Source: Duganella guangzhouensis
GTDB taxonomy: Bacteria > Pseudomonadota > Gammaproteobacteria > Burkholderiales > Burkholderiaceae_D
DNA: 32,000 bases
NCBI RefSeq assembly: GCF_009674535.1
Contig: NZ_WKJK01000009.1
Span: forward strand, 28,099-60,098
Direction of reading: 5' to 3'
Positions 7,628 to 15,299 of this stretch are shown one piece after another. Positions within the stretch are counted from its first letter, which is position 1. Every line of letters starts with the position of its first letter. The translations under genes were made by a program, and so were the position numbers. The notes below the pieces were generated by a model. It was not told where the DNA came from, searched no databases, and saw only the letters and a program-made list of their open reading frames with translations.

Positions 7628-8614
7628 TCAAGCGAGACTTGCCAGTTCATATAGTTCTCGCGCAAATTCAGGCAGTAGCACCAATGACTCATGTTCTATC
7701 CAGCGTTGGCTGGTAACCAGTTCATGCAATATCGGCCCAGACAGTAACGACGCCGGCAGGTCCTGCACTGGCCACGGCTGCGGTAGCGGCAACGCATGAG
7801 TAGATAGCAACGTGCCGGCCGCGCGGGGAATCCATGGCGCAGGTCGCCTCCCGTCGGCAGCACAGCGCAAAGATAAGCCTATGCGTAAGCCATTGGGGTC
7901 GAGATCGGCGAAGTGCAACCACGGAATATTGTCGGGTAAGCGGGCGATGAACTTCGTTGCCAACCCTGCATTCCAGCCCGGCGCCTGCAGCATCAGTACG
8001 GAGGGCACAAGAGGAAAGTCCACAAAAGCGCCCAGGTTTTCCACCGTGAGGATCAATCGCGGCATAACGCCGGCCAGCTGCCACTCCCCTGTCAACGCCC
8101 GCTCCGGTATCGATACCTCGCCCAGTAACGCCAAGCAGGCGTCCAACTCCATTCTGCTCCCTGCCCCCACCATCTCCAAGCCCGCGTTTGGTCGCAGGCG
8201 CAATACCTCATCGGTCGTCAACAGTACGCCTTCAGGAGGCGCGCGCTGGCCCGACTTGGAATGCGCGCCGGCCCACGCCGCCCACGTTTTGCGATTCAGC
8301 CGGCTGATGCCCGCCGGCAGTATTAGCGATGATCGCCGCTGCGCCCGCAACGCGGCCGTCGAAATGCTCTGCGGGTTGGCGGAAAACGCCGCTTCCACTT
8401 CCGGCAGTTGCGGCCACCGCTGCAGCAGATAGCAGCGCAGCACGTCCACCTTCTCGGCGTGTAGCTGATATTCTCCACTGCGGCGAGTTGGCCCGATCAG
8501 TCCAAGCTGCTCAAGTTGCAGCAGCCACGATGCGGCCGCCTTCGTGCTTGTCAACCGACGTGTGAGCAATAGCCGCAAGGCCCCTGCCCGCACAGAATCA
8601 TCATCCCAGTTCAT
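7628..8614 (-). CDS. mksG: JetD/MksG-like Toprim-domain protein (putative nuclease subunit of the Wadjet/MksBEFG system)
   Basis: The ATG at 8614-8612 overlaps the mksB-like stop (8613-8611) as ATGA, giving 328 aa; the longer track ORF is an upstream extension. The C-terminal motifs are ILTVENLGAFVDF (Toprim Glu), GWNAG, WLHFADLDPNGLRIGL (DxD) and RWIEHESL. From memory these parallel the DUF2220/JetD C-terminal domain pattern VENxxxF ... WGDxDxxGxxI ... LEQE. Confidence 0.72.
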   Translation of the reverse strand: MNWDDDSVRAGALRLLLTRRLTSTKAAASWLLQLEQLGLIGPTRRSGEYQLHAEKVDVLRCYLLQRWPQLPEVEAAFSANPQSISTAALRAQRRSSLILPAGISRLNRKTWAAWAGAHSKSGQRAPPEGVLLTTDEVLRLRPNAGLEMVGAGSRMELDACLALLGEVSIPERALTGEWQLAGVMPRLILTVENLGAFVDFPLVPSVLMLQAPGWNAGLATKFIARLPDNIPWLHFADLDPNGLRIGLSLRCAADGRRPAPWIPRAAGTLLSTHALPLPQPWPVQDLPASLLSGPILHELVTSQRWIEHESLVLLPEFARELYELASLA

Positions 8615-11600
8615 GCGCTCATGCGAGTGCCGCGGATGGTGACATATTCCTCCCTCCCCCGCAGACTGCGCTGGAGCTGAAACACCGTGGATCGCCGCGG
8701 CTTGTCCAAGCCGGGGGCCGCTACCAGCGCCTGCACGTCCATGCGTTGGCAAAACTCCGTCAGGGTATCGAGTGCGGATTGATCAAGCCGGTTTGCCTCA
8801 TCCAGCAGAATTTGTTGCATGGCATAGCCGGCAGCGCCGGACAGGCGATTCGCTTCATCATTCCACGTGCGCAAGATCATAATGAGCACTGCCGCGCCCA
8901 CTCCGATCGCCTCACCTGTCGACAGGCCGTCGGTCGCTTCCCATTTACCGTTCAGACGTTGGACTTCAAGATGCAGGCGCAGATAGTTGCGATAATCGAG
9001 TAATTTCGTACCCTTGATGGTTCCGCCCGTTTCGCGGTGATACATTTGCGCCAGCGTTTCTTCCAGCGGTAAGCCAGAATCAAACAACGACAGCTGGTTA
9101 TGCTGTCGCAGACAGTTCAGCATCGTCTCCATGTCCTCCGGCTGACTGGACTTGATCGTCAGGCCCTGTATCGATCCGAAGCGGACCTGCTCCAGCTCAT
9201 GACTAAGGCGGTTGACCAGCGCTCTTGCTGAGCGCAGACGCACGCTAATGCCATCCGCCAAGCCGGACGAGCGGTTCCGCATGTCTTGTTCCTGCACCAG
9301 CAAAGTACGTCGCAACTCGCCCAATTTTTCGGTCATTTGCGCCAGTGCCAGTTGAGGATCGTCGGCGGTGGCAATGGTACGCGGAATCCGCTGCTCGATA
9401 TGCAGCCGCACTCGCTGCCAAGCGTGCAATGTCTGGATCGCCCTGCGCTTGCCGGCATCCTCGGCAAATCCTTCAATACGCTTCACCTTTTCCAGCACGT
9501 CGGGATATGACCTCAGACGCTCCAGCAAGATCCCCTGCTGCTCCTGAGACGCGTGAAAAGCGTTAATAGGGCTTCCGGGCGGCAAATGCTTTTGCCGATT
9601 GGCCGTAGTGTCAATTTTTCCATGCAGGCCCAACTCGTCCACCACGCGCTGCAACTCGCGCTTCGCCTGGCGCTCGCCCCGCAACACCGACAACTGCTGG
9701 GTGGCCGCCTTGTCCTGCGCCGCCATCACGTCAGTCAAGCTGCCAAGTAAAGTGACCGCCTCAATGTGCTGCTTGTTGGCAGCTTCGCGCGCCGGCGTCA
9801 GCTGCGCCAGCAGGGCACGAAGGCGTTCCAGGTGGCGCCGAGACAAGCACACTTCGTCGGTGCTGCCGGTGGCGCCGGTGGCGGCCAGTTCTTGCTGAAG
9901 GGATAGGCACTGCGCCTCTTTCGCTTGTAGGTTGCCCTGTTGCAGCGCGTTACTGGTTGCTGCTGAGCGCGTGAGTTCCCGCGCTTCCTTCAGTTGGCCC
10001 CGGCTGATATCCAGTAGTGTCTTCGCTGGCGTAAGCTTTTTTTTCAGGGCGTCGATCACACTCCCCTGTTCATGGTACTGCCGCTCGTCGTCGTCACGGT
10101 CCAGATGATCGATCACGCTCAGCAACCGCTGCAGCGCATCGCGTTGCCGCGCAAGATGTGCGCGGCTGGAGGTCAGCCGTGCCATTTGCTGTTCCAGCGC
10201 TTGCAGCTGGCCGGCCACAGGCACCGCCGCCAAAATCGGCAATTCTGCCAAGATCTGCGTCACCGCATCGCCGTGCTGTCGCAGCCATGCGCGCGCCTCC
10301 TGGCCCGCTTTCAGCTCACGTTCCAATTGCAACACCGTTTGCGCAAACAACGGTGGATCCAGCAAACTGCGCCGCGACTCCAGCTCGACCAGTCGTCCAC
10401 GGCGGTGATCGGCGCGGACGGCCTGCTCGCGCAAGCTGTCCGCCCGCGCCTGCAAGGTTGCAATGGTCTGGGTGAGCGTCCTCACTTCTACCTGCAAGGC
10501 GTGATAAGCTGGTTCGGGGTTCGGCTCCCAGGCAGCGCTGCCGAGCGCCAGCCAGTCCGATGCGAGACCGAGACTCCGCTGCAGCGTACGCGCCTGCTCA
10601 TGCAGGCCTGCCAGCGCCGCTTCGAGCATGGTGACATCGTTCTTCAGCCGGGTCATCTCCAGCTGGCGCGCGCGGCGCCCCAGCACCGGTCGCTCGGGCC
10701 GGCGCGTGAGCCGTGCCAGGAGTTGTGGCAACTTGCCTTGCGTGACCAGCTCGCTATCATCAAGACTGATGGCATCGAGCGATTGCCGGGCCAGTTGTTC
10801 AGACATGAAAAGCAGGGTATCCGGGCGATCGCCGAGCTCTGCCGCCAGACGGGCCGCATGCGCCGGCTGGTCAACCACGATGGCATCTGCGAACAGGCCC
10901 AGCCGTGCTTCAGTGGTGGCCGCCTCCCCTGCGGCCAGATCATCAAAACGTTGGGCCAGCAACGAGCCTTCGACATGGGCCGCGACCGTGGCGATACGCG
11001 GGTCCAGCGTGCCGGTGCTACTTTCCAGCTGACCTATTCGATGACGCAGCAGATATAAATCCTTTTCGGCCACGCCGCGGTGTTCCTGCACCACGAATTG
11101 CTCCTGCCGCTTGAGATCAGCCATGCGCTGGACTTCGGCTGCCGATGTCAGCGGGGACCACGCCGTGTCAAGTGCCGCCAGCTCGGCACGGAAGTTACTC
11201 GCCAACTGGTAGCAGCGCAGCGCTTCCTGCAGCGTCGGCAACTTGCCTTTCACTTCCAGCAAGCGCTCCTGACGCGTTGCCAGCTCAATGCCCAATGCAT
11301 TTTGCTCCGTCTGGTTTTTAGCCAGTTCCGCATGAACCATGGCCTGCGCGTCGCTCAACTCGGCACCGCTATGAATACCCAATTTTTCCGCCTGCTGACG
11401 AACCGCCCGCTGTTCGCCAGCAGTATTGCGGGCGTATGCGAGATCGTGCTCCAGCCTGTCAATAGCATCGGCAGCGACAAGTTGTTCGCGCCGCCGTACC
11501 TCCAGCGCCATCGCGTAGGCATGCGCGCCCTGCATGGACGGTGGCGTTTTCGATTGCGCCCGCGCCAACTTGCTGATTTTGGCGTACAAATTTTCAAATC

Positions 11601-13014
11601 GCTCCCGTTGCTGGTCAAACGCATCGAAGCGCGCCTGCGCATCGGTCTGGCGCAATGTCGCCACCTCGTACTGCACATCGACCACGTTCTTGATGGCTGC
11701 TGCGGTGTGCTGGTCTACACGCAGTGGCACCATCACCGCCTGGGCTGCGGCCCAGTGCTCCCGTGCGATACGCAACTCCGTCACGCGCCGTATCAATCCT
11801 TCATAGGCTTGCTGAGTGTTGCCCAATTCTTCGGCCAAGCGCGTGTGCTCATCCTCCGCGCGCTGCTGCACCAGCATGGCCTGCCTTTCCGCAAGCTCAT
11901 ATTGTTCACATTGAAGGCGGGCAGCTGCGGCAGACTGCGTCAGCTCGGCGCGCTCCTCGTCAGCGGTTTGCAGTTGGGTGCGCAGCTTGTGTGCCTGCTC
12001 CTTGCTCTGCAAGTCAATGGACGCGGCCTGCGCCTGCTGCTCAGTAGTGCTGAGTTGCAGGCTTAGCGAGTCCACCAGCTCCTGTAATCCCGCGGCCTTT
12101 TCGGTATCACAGGCATGACGCCTGCGCACCTGCTTGGCCAAGCAGGCTTGCTGACGCCAGTTGCCGAGCTCCTGCTCGTATCGGCCCAGTGCGCCGAACA
12201 GCGCAAACGATGTCATCTTCCAAGCGGCATCAAACAAGCCACTGATTTCGGCATGGGCTTTTTCAGCTTCGTCCAGCTGACCACGGGTAATACGGCATTG
12301 TTCAAGCGCGTCGCGCATCAATACGGTACGGCGCTCAAGCGTGGCATCTTCCAGCAGCAGATAATCGCGCAGGCCGGTCTGGATCAGGCTGGCCAACGCG
12401 GAGCCTTGCATCGAGGTCGACAACACCCGGTAAAACCGTTCCTGCTCCTCGTGTGTGGTCATAGGCAAGGGGGTAATGCCGAGATCGAACAGCGATTTCA
12501 TGTACTCGGCCAAGGTCTTGCATATGGTCAGCTTTCCGCCACGAAAGTTGATTTGATCTCGCAACGCGTTCAGTTGCGGGATCACGCTGCGTTCTCCATC
12601 ACGCACCAGCAGGATCTCGTACGGACTGGCTTCGGTCGGCACGTCTTCAATAATGAAACTCTTCACATCGATGGCCGGCATAGCTCCCCGCAGCAGGGCC
12701 ACGCCGGCCCATATACTCTTGCCACGCGGAGTGATCCACTCGATCACGGCATAACTGATGCCCTGCTCACCGAGCCGCCCCCACAAACCGCCATCACCGC
12801 GCGTGGCACTCACGGCACCGTTGATGTTCTTGAACTCCAGCAGGCGCAGGTTGGGCAAAATCGCGGTGACAAATGCCGCCATGACCGTAGTCTTCCCCGA
12901 GCCATTCTGGCCCTCCAGACCAGTCACGTGGCGGTCCAGGTCAAAACAGTGAAATACGATCCCCTTCCAGTTGGCAATTACCAGCCGTCTTGCATATGTG
13001 CGATACAGTTTCAT
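8611..13014 (-). CDS. mksB: MukB-like SMC ATPase (MksB/JetC subunit), 1467 aa
   Basis: The N-terminal head is LVIANWKGIVFHCFDLDRHVTGLEGQNGSGKTTVMAAFVTAILPNLRLLEF, with the Walker A at 12886-12912. From memory this is close to the E. coli MukB N-terminus. Long Q/A/E/L/R-rich coiled coils follow. A non-coil hinge-like block lies at about 10650-11020 (TLDPRIATVAAHVEGSLLAQRFDDL...DAIVVDQP...RRPERPVLGRRARQLE). The C-terminal head is LSTGEAIGVGAAVLIMILRTWNDEANRL...QILLDEANRLDQSALDTL (signature-like motif plus Walker B). An SD (GGAGG) precedes the ATG. Confidence 0.92.
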   Translation of the reverse strand: MKLYRTYARRLVIANWKGIVFHCFDLDRHVTGLEGQNGSGKTTVMAAFVTAILPNLRLLEFKNINGAVSATRGDGGLWGRLGEQGISYAVIEWITPRGKSIWAGVALLRGAMPAIDVKSFIIEDVPTEASPYEILLVRDGERSVIPQLNALRDQINFRGGKLTICKTLAEYMKSLFDLGITPLPMTTHEEQERFYRVLSTSMQGSALASLIQTGLRDYLLLEDATLERRTVLMRDALEQCRITRGQLDEAEKAHAEISGLFDAAWKMTSFALFGALGRYEQELGNWRQQACLAKQVRRRHACDTEKAAGLQELVDSLSLQLSTTEQQAQAASIDLQSKEQAHKLRTQLQTADEERAELTQSAAAARLQCEQYELAERQAMLVQQRAEDEHTRLAEELGNTQQAYEGLIRRVTELRIAREHWAAAQAVMVPLRVDQHTAAAIKNVVDVQYEVATLRQTDAQARFDAFDQQRERFENLYAKISKLARAQSKTPPSMQGAHAYAMALEVRRREQLVAADAIDRLEHDLAYARNTAGEQRAVRQQAEKLGIHSGAELSDAQAMVHAELAKNQTEQNALGIELATRQERLLEVKGKLPTLQEALRCYQLASNFRAELAALDTAWSPLTSAAEVQRMADLKRQEQFVVQEHRGVAEKDLYLLRHRIGQLESSTGTLDPRIATVAAHVEGSLLAQRFDDLAAGEAATTEARLGLFADAIVVDQPAHAARLAAELGDRPDTLLFMSEQLARQSLDAISLDDSELVTQGKLPQLLARLTRRPERPVLGRRARQLEMTRLKNDVTMLEAALAGLHEQARTLQRSLGLASDWLALGSAAWEPNPEPAYHALQVEVRTLTQTIATLQARADSLREQAVRADHRRGRLVELESRRSLLDPPLFAQTVLQLERELKAGQEARAWLRQHGDAVTQILAELPILAAVPVAGQLQALEQQMARLTSSRAHLARQRDALQRLLSVIDHLDRDDDERQYHEQGSVIDALKKKLTPAKTLLDISRGQLKEARELTRSAATSNALQQGNLQAKEAQCLSLQQELAATGATGSTDEVCLSRRHLERLRALLAQLTPAREAANKQHIEAVTLLGSLTDVMAAQDKAATQQLSVLRGERQAKRELQRVVDELGLHGKIDTTANRQKHLPPGSPINAFHASQEQQGILLERLRSYPDVLEKVKRIEGFAEDAGKRRAIQTLHAWQRVRLHIEQRIPRTIATADDPQLALAQMTEKLGELRRTLLVQEQDMRNRSSGLADGISVRLRSARALVNRLSHELEQVRFGSIQGLTIKSSQPEDMETMLNCLRQHNQLSLFDSGLPLEETLAQMYHRETGGTIKGTKLLDYRNYLRLHLEVQRLNGKWEATDGLSTGEAIGVGAAVLIMILRTWNDEANRLSGAAGYAMQQILLDEANRLDQSALDTLTEFCQRMDVQALVAAPGLDKPRRSTVFQLQRSLRGREEYVTIRGTRMSA

Positions 13015-13026
13015 CTCAACCTCCGG

Positions 13027-13686
13027 TCAAGTGTCAGGGTCGGCTTCGTCATCGTCTTCTTTAATCTGTCCTTCGGCAATCAGGCGGCCCAGCGCCAGTT
13101 CCAGCTCCTCGGCGCCGCGCACCGGATCGGCAAAGCGCATCACAGCCGACAGCGGCACCACCACACCCAGTTCGCCACGGCCTTCGCGTCGCACGAACCC
13201 CAGCCGCTCCAGCGTCCGTAGCGCCATGGCAAATGCTTCGCGCAATTTACGCGCATCCTGGCCCAGGTCCTTGCCGCGCCTTCTGCCGGCCAGCCGTATC
13301 AGTCCTTGCTCGCCAAGTAATTGCTCCATCAGCCCGAAGATAGCGAGATCCGGTATCCGGTGATTGGTTTCCAACCATTTGTGATCCAGTCGCATCAGGG
13401 CCAGGGTCTGGCCGGTCAGCATTTCCATGACAGACAACTTGCGCAGTCCCAGCGGTGGCGGCACCGCCAGCCGGTCGGGCAGCAGATAGAAGTAGCCCTC
13501 GCTCCCCTGCAGCAGGGCGACGCTGAAGTAACTGTAAAAGCGTTCCATCAGCTTGCTCGTACTGCTGAGAAAATCAAACAGCGCGGTATCATAATCGGGG
13601 CCGATATGTCGGCCGCGGCGCAAGGCAAGGTCGGCGCGCGCGAACATCGGGTCCTCGATCACCTCTTCCAGGGTGTGATAGATCAT
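13027..13686 (-). CDS. mksE: MukE-like KITE subunit (MksE/JetB)
   Basis: The ATG at 13686-13684 overlaps the upstream stop as ATGA, giving 219 aa. The EGYFYLLPDR motif resembles MukE EGFFYLRPR, and the acidic tail is EDDDEADPDT. The gene sits between the kleisin-like and SMC-like genes, in the mukF-mukE-mukB order. Confidence 0.8.
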   Translation of the reverse strand: MIYHTLEEVIEDPMFARADLALRRGRHIGPDYDTALFDFLSSTSKLMERFYSYFSVALLQGSEGYFYLLPDRLAVPPPLGLRKLSVMEMLTGQTLALMRLDHKWLETNHRIPDLAIFGLMEQLLGEQGLIRLAGRRRGKDLGQDARKLREAFAMALRTLERLGFVRREGRGELGVVVPLSAVMRFADPVRGAEELELALGRLIAEGQIKEDDDEADPDT

Positions 13687-15053
13687 TCCGGCTCCTTCAC
13701 GTTGAACGGTGGTGCGCGCTGCAGCTGCGGCAACCCGGCCGGCAGCCGCAGTTTGAGCGTTTGCGCTTCCAGCCGCAGCGACAGCGCAATCCATGGCTGG
13801 GGCAACATCGTCTCATGCGTGCTACCGTTTTTCAGCAGCTCGGGCGTGACGTGAGATAGCAGAGTGAAGCGCTCTTCGTCGGTAAAGTCGACGGCGATGT
13901 CCCGAACCGCCGCCACAATGTCGATATCGCCTTCGCCGAGTAGCCGTTGGACCAGTGCCGCCACCGCCTGTTCGACACGGTCGGGCTCAGCTTCGACGCG
14001 CTCCTGCAATCCTTGAGCAAGCAAGATGTCGTTTGGCACCGCGAGCGAAACGGTGGCCTCGGGCTTCAGCACCTCGCGCATGTGACGGAACGGTTCCGGC
14101 GCCACCAGTACCAGACCGAATGGGCGATCCTGGAACTGGCGTATTTGCTCGACCAGCCGGCCGCGCAATCGGTTATCGGGGTCAGTCTGAACAAAGTAAC
14201 GGATATAGATCTGGACGTTGGCGTAATATTGGGCCCAGTCTTCGTGCCGGCGCGCGCCCCAGGCGGCCAGCCGCAACAACTGGTTCTGCGCGCGCTCCAC
14301 CACTGGCGACAGTTCAGCGTGGCTGACCGCGAGCTCAGACAAACTCAACAATTGCCGCTGCAGCGACTCCACGTGTTCGCACAACACCGCGTTCAGCTCG
14401 CTCAGCGTCCGGTCGACGCTGCTCACCATCTCCTTGCAGCTGTCTGCAGCAACCAACCACTCACTGTCGAACAATTCGGTAATTCGCTGGCGCAGCCGCT
14501 TATGGGCGGCGTCCAGTCCCAGTTGCCGCTTCTCGACCGCAGCCATCATTTCCAGCATCACGTCGCGCATCGGGAAGATGACTTTCATTTCCCAGTGTTC
14601 ATGCGTTCCGCCCTCTGCTGCTGCCGCAAGCACCTGGGCCAGTTCGGTACGCATGCGCATCAACATGAATTCCAGACTGCGCCGGGTCAGCGTGCGTTCG
14701 TTCTGCATGCCTTCCGCCAGCGCCATTCCCAGCGGCGACAATGCGTACTCGCCTTCGTAAGACCATCCGCCGGAGTCGATGCGCAATAGTACGCCTTGCG
14801 CATGGAGACGGGCGATGATGAACGTGGCGCGCTGCGTTTCGGTGTCTGTTCCGGCGTTGGCCAATTCAAACACTACGGCATACACTCGGCGCAACGACTG
14901 CTCATCCAGGCTAAGGATAGTGGTATGTTGCAGGTACGCATGTATCCCTGCGATAAACGCGGTCTCTTCCCGGCCCAAATGCAGCGCACAGCCGCTGAGC
15001 CAGACTTCGGTAATCACACCGGCGACCGAAGGCCGCTCCTCATGCTGTTCCAT
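13683..15053 (-). CDS. mksF: MukF-like kleisin subunit (MksF/JetA)
   Basis: 456 aa from ATG 15053, with an SD (GGGGA) 5 nt upstream; GTG 15065 is also possible. Several blocks parallel my recollection of E. coli MukF: YALSPLGMALAEG, AAAEGGTHEHWEMKVIFPM and SEWLVAADSCKEMVSSVDRTLSELNAVL. It is the first gene of the operon. Confidence 0.75.
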   Translation of the reverse strand: MEQHEERPSVAGVITEVWLSGCALHLGREETAFIAGIHAYLQHTTILSLDEQSLRRVYAVVFELANAGTDTETQRATFIIARLHAQGVLLRIDSGGWSYEGEYALSPLGMALAEGMQNERTLTRRSLEFMLMRMRTELAQVLAAAAEGGTHEHWEMKVIFPMRDVMLEMMAAVEKRQLGLDAAHKRLRQRITELFDSEWLVAADSCKEMVSSVDRTLSELNAVLCEHVESLQRQLLSLSELAVSHAELSPVVERAQNQLLRLAAWGARRHEDWAQYYANVQIYIRYFVQTDPDNRLRGRLVEQIRQFQDRPFGLVLVAPEPFRHMREVLKPEATVSLAVPNDILLAQGLQERVEAEPDRVEQAVAALVQRLLGEGDIDIVAAVRDIAVDFTDEERFTLLSHVTPELLKNGSTHETMLPQPWIALSLRLEAQTLKLRLPAGLPQLQRAPPFNVKEPE

Positions 15054-15159
15054 GCATATCCCCACGCTATGTCAAAACGCTTGCACACTTTGCAATAAGC
15101 TAAAGTCTCCGCTCACGTCTGTCGCACGGTTTGATACAACGCAAGCGGACTCTCGATGC

Positions 15160-15185
15160 CAGGCTCGAAAGAGCCTGTTTGTCAC
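15160..15185 (+). terminator. Orphan terminator-like hairpin (CAGGCTC-GAAA-GAGCCTG followed by TTTGTCAC)
   Basis: The stem is 7 bp (15160-15166 / 15171-15177) with a GAAA tetraloop and a short T tract on the plus strand. No plus-strand gene ends upstream of it. Confidence 0.3.
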
Positions 15186-15264
15186 CCGGGAATTACGACC
15201 ACAAGGAATGGTCAATATAGCATGGCCTGACGTCAAATTTCTCGTATTAAGCCCTTGATTTCGC

Positions 15265-15270
15265 TATAAT
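15265..15270 (+). promoter_or_regulatory. Perfect TATAAT -10 box upstream of the U32 gene (no convincing -35)
   Basis: The sequence tcgcTATAATtccc lies 30 nt upstream of the ATG at 15300, and an SD (AAGGA) follows. The -35 region (tcgtat / cgtatt) is a poor match. Confidence 0.35.
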
Positions 15271-15299
15271 TCCCGCCTTCACACGTAAGGAATCAAGCC

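Noticed and set aside
7531-7716. 61-aa plus-strand ORF spanning the XRE promoter region and the 3' end of the mksG-like gene
   Set aside because: It starts inside the palindromic operator and runs antisense into a supported CDS, with no RBS.
8615-8752. N-terminal extension of the mksG-like ORF (the track start at 8752), and similar extensions at 13687-13794, 22743-22799, 25243-25323, 28181-28291 and 29478-29570
   Set aside because: The extensions overlap the 3' end of the upstream gene and encode low-complexity sequence. Internal ATGs with ATGA overlaps or good SDs, and clean signal peptides or family N-termini, give better models.
10072-13221. Three long plus-strand ORFs (328, 328 and 368 aa) antisense to the mksB-like gene
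   Set aside because: They are mirror images of a Q/A/E/L/R-rich coiled-coil gene. Their translations are low-complexity (Q, L, R, H) with no start context. The MukB-like frame explains the region.
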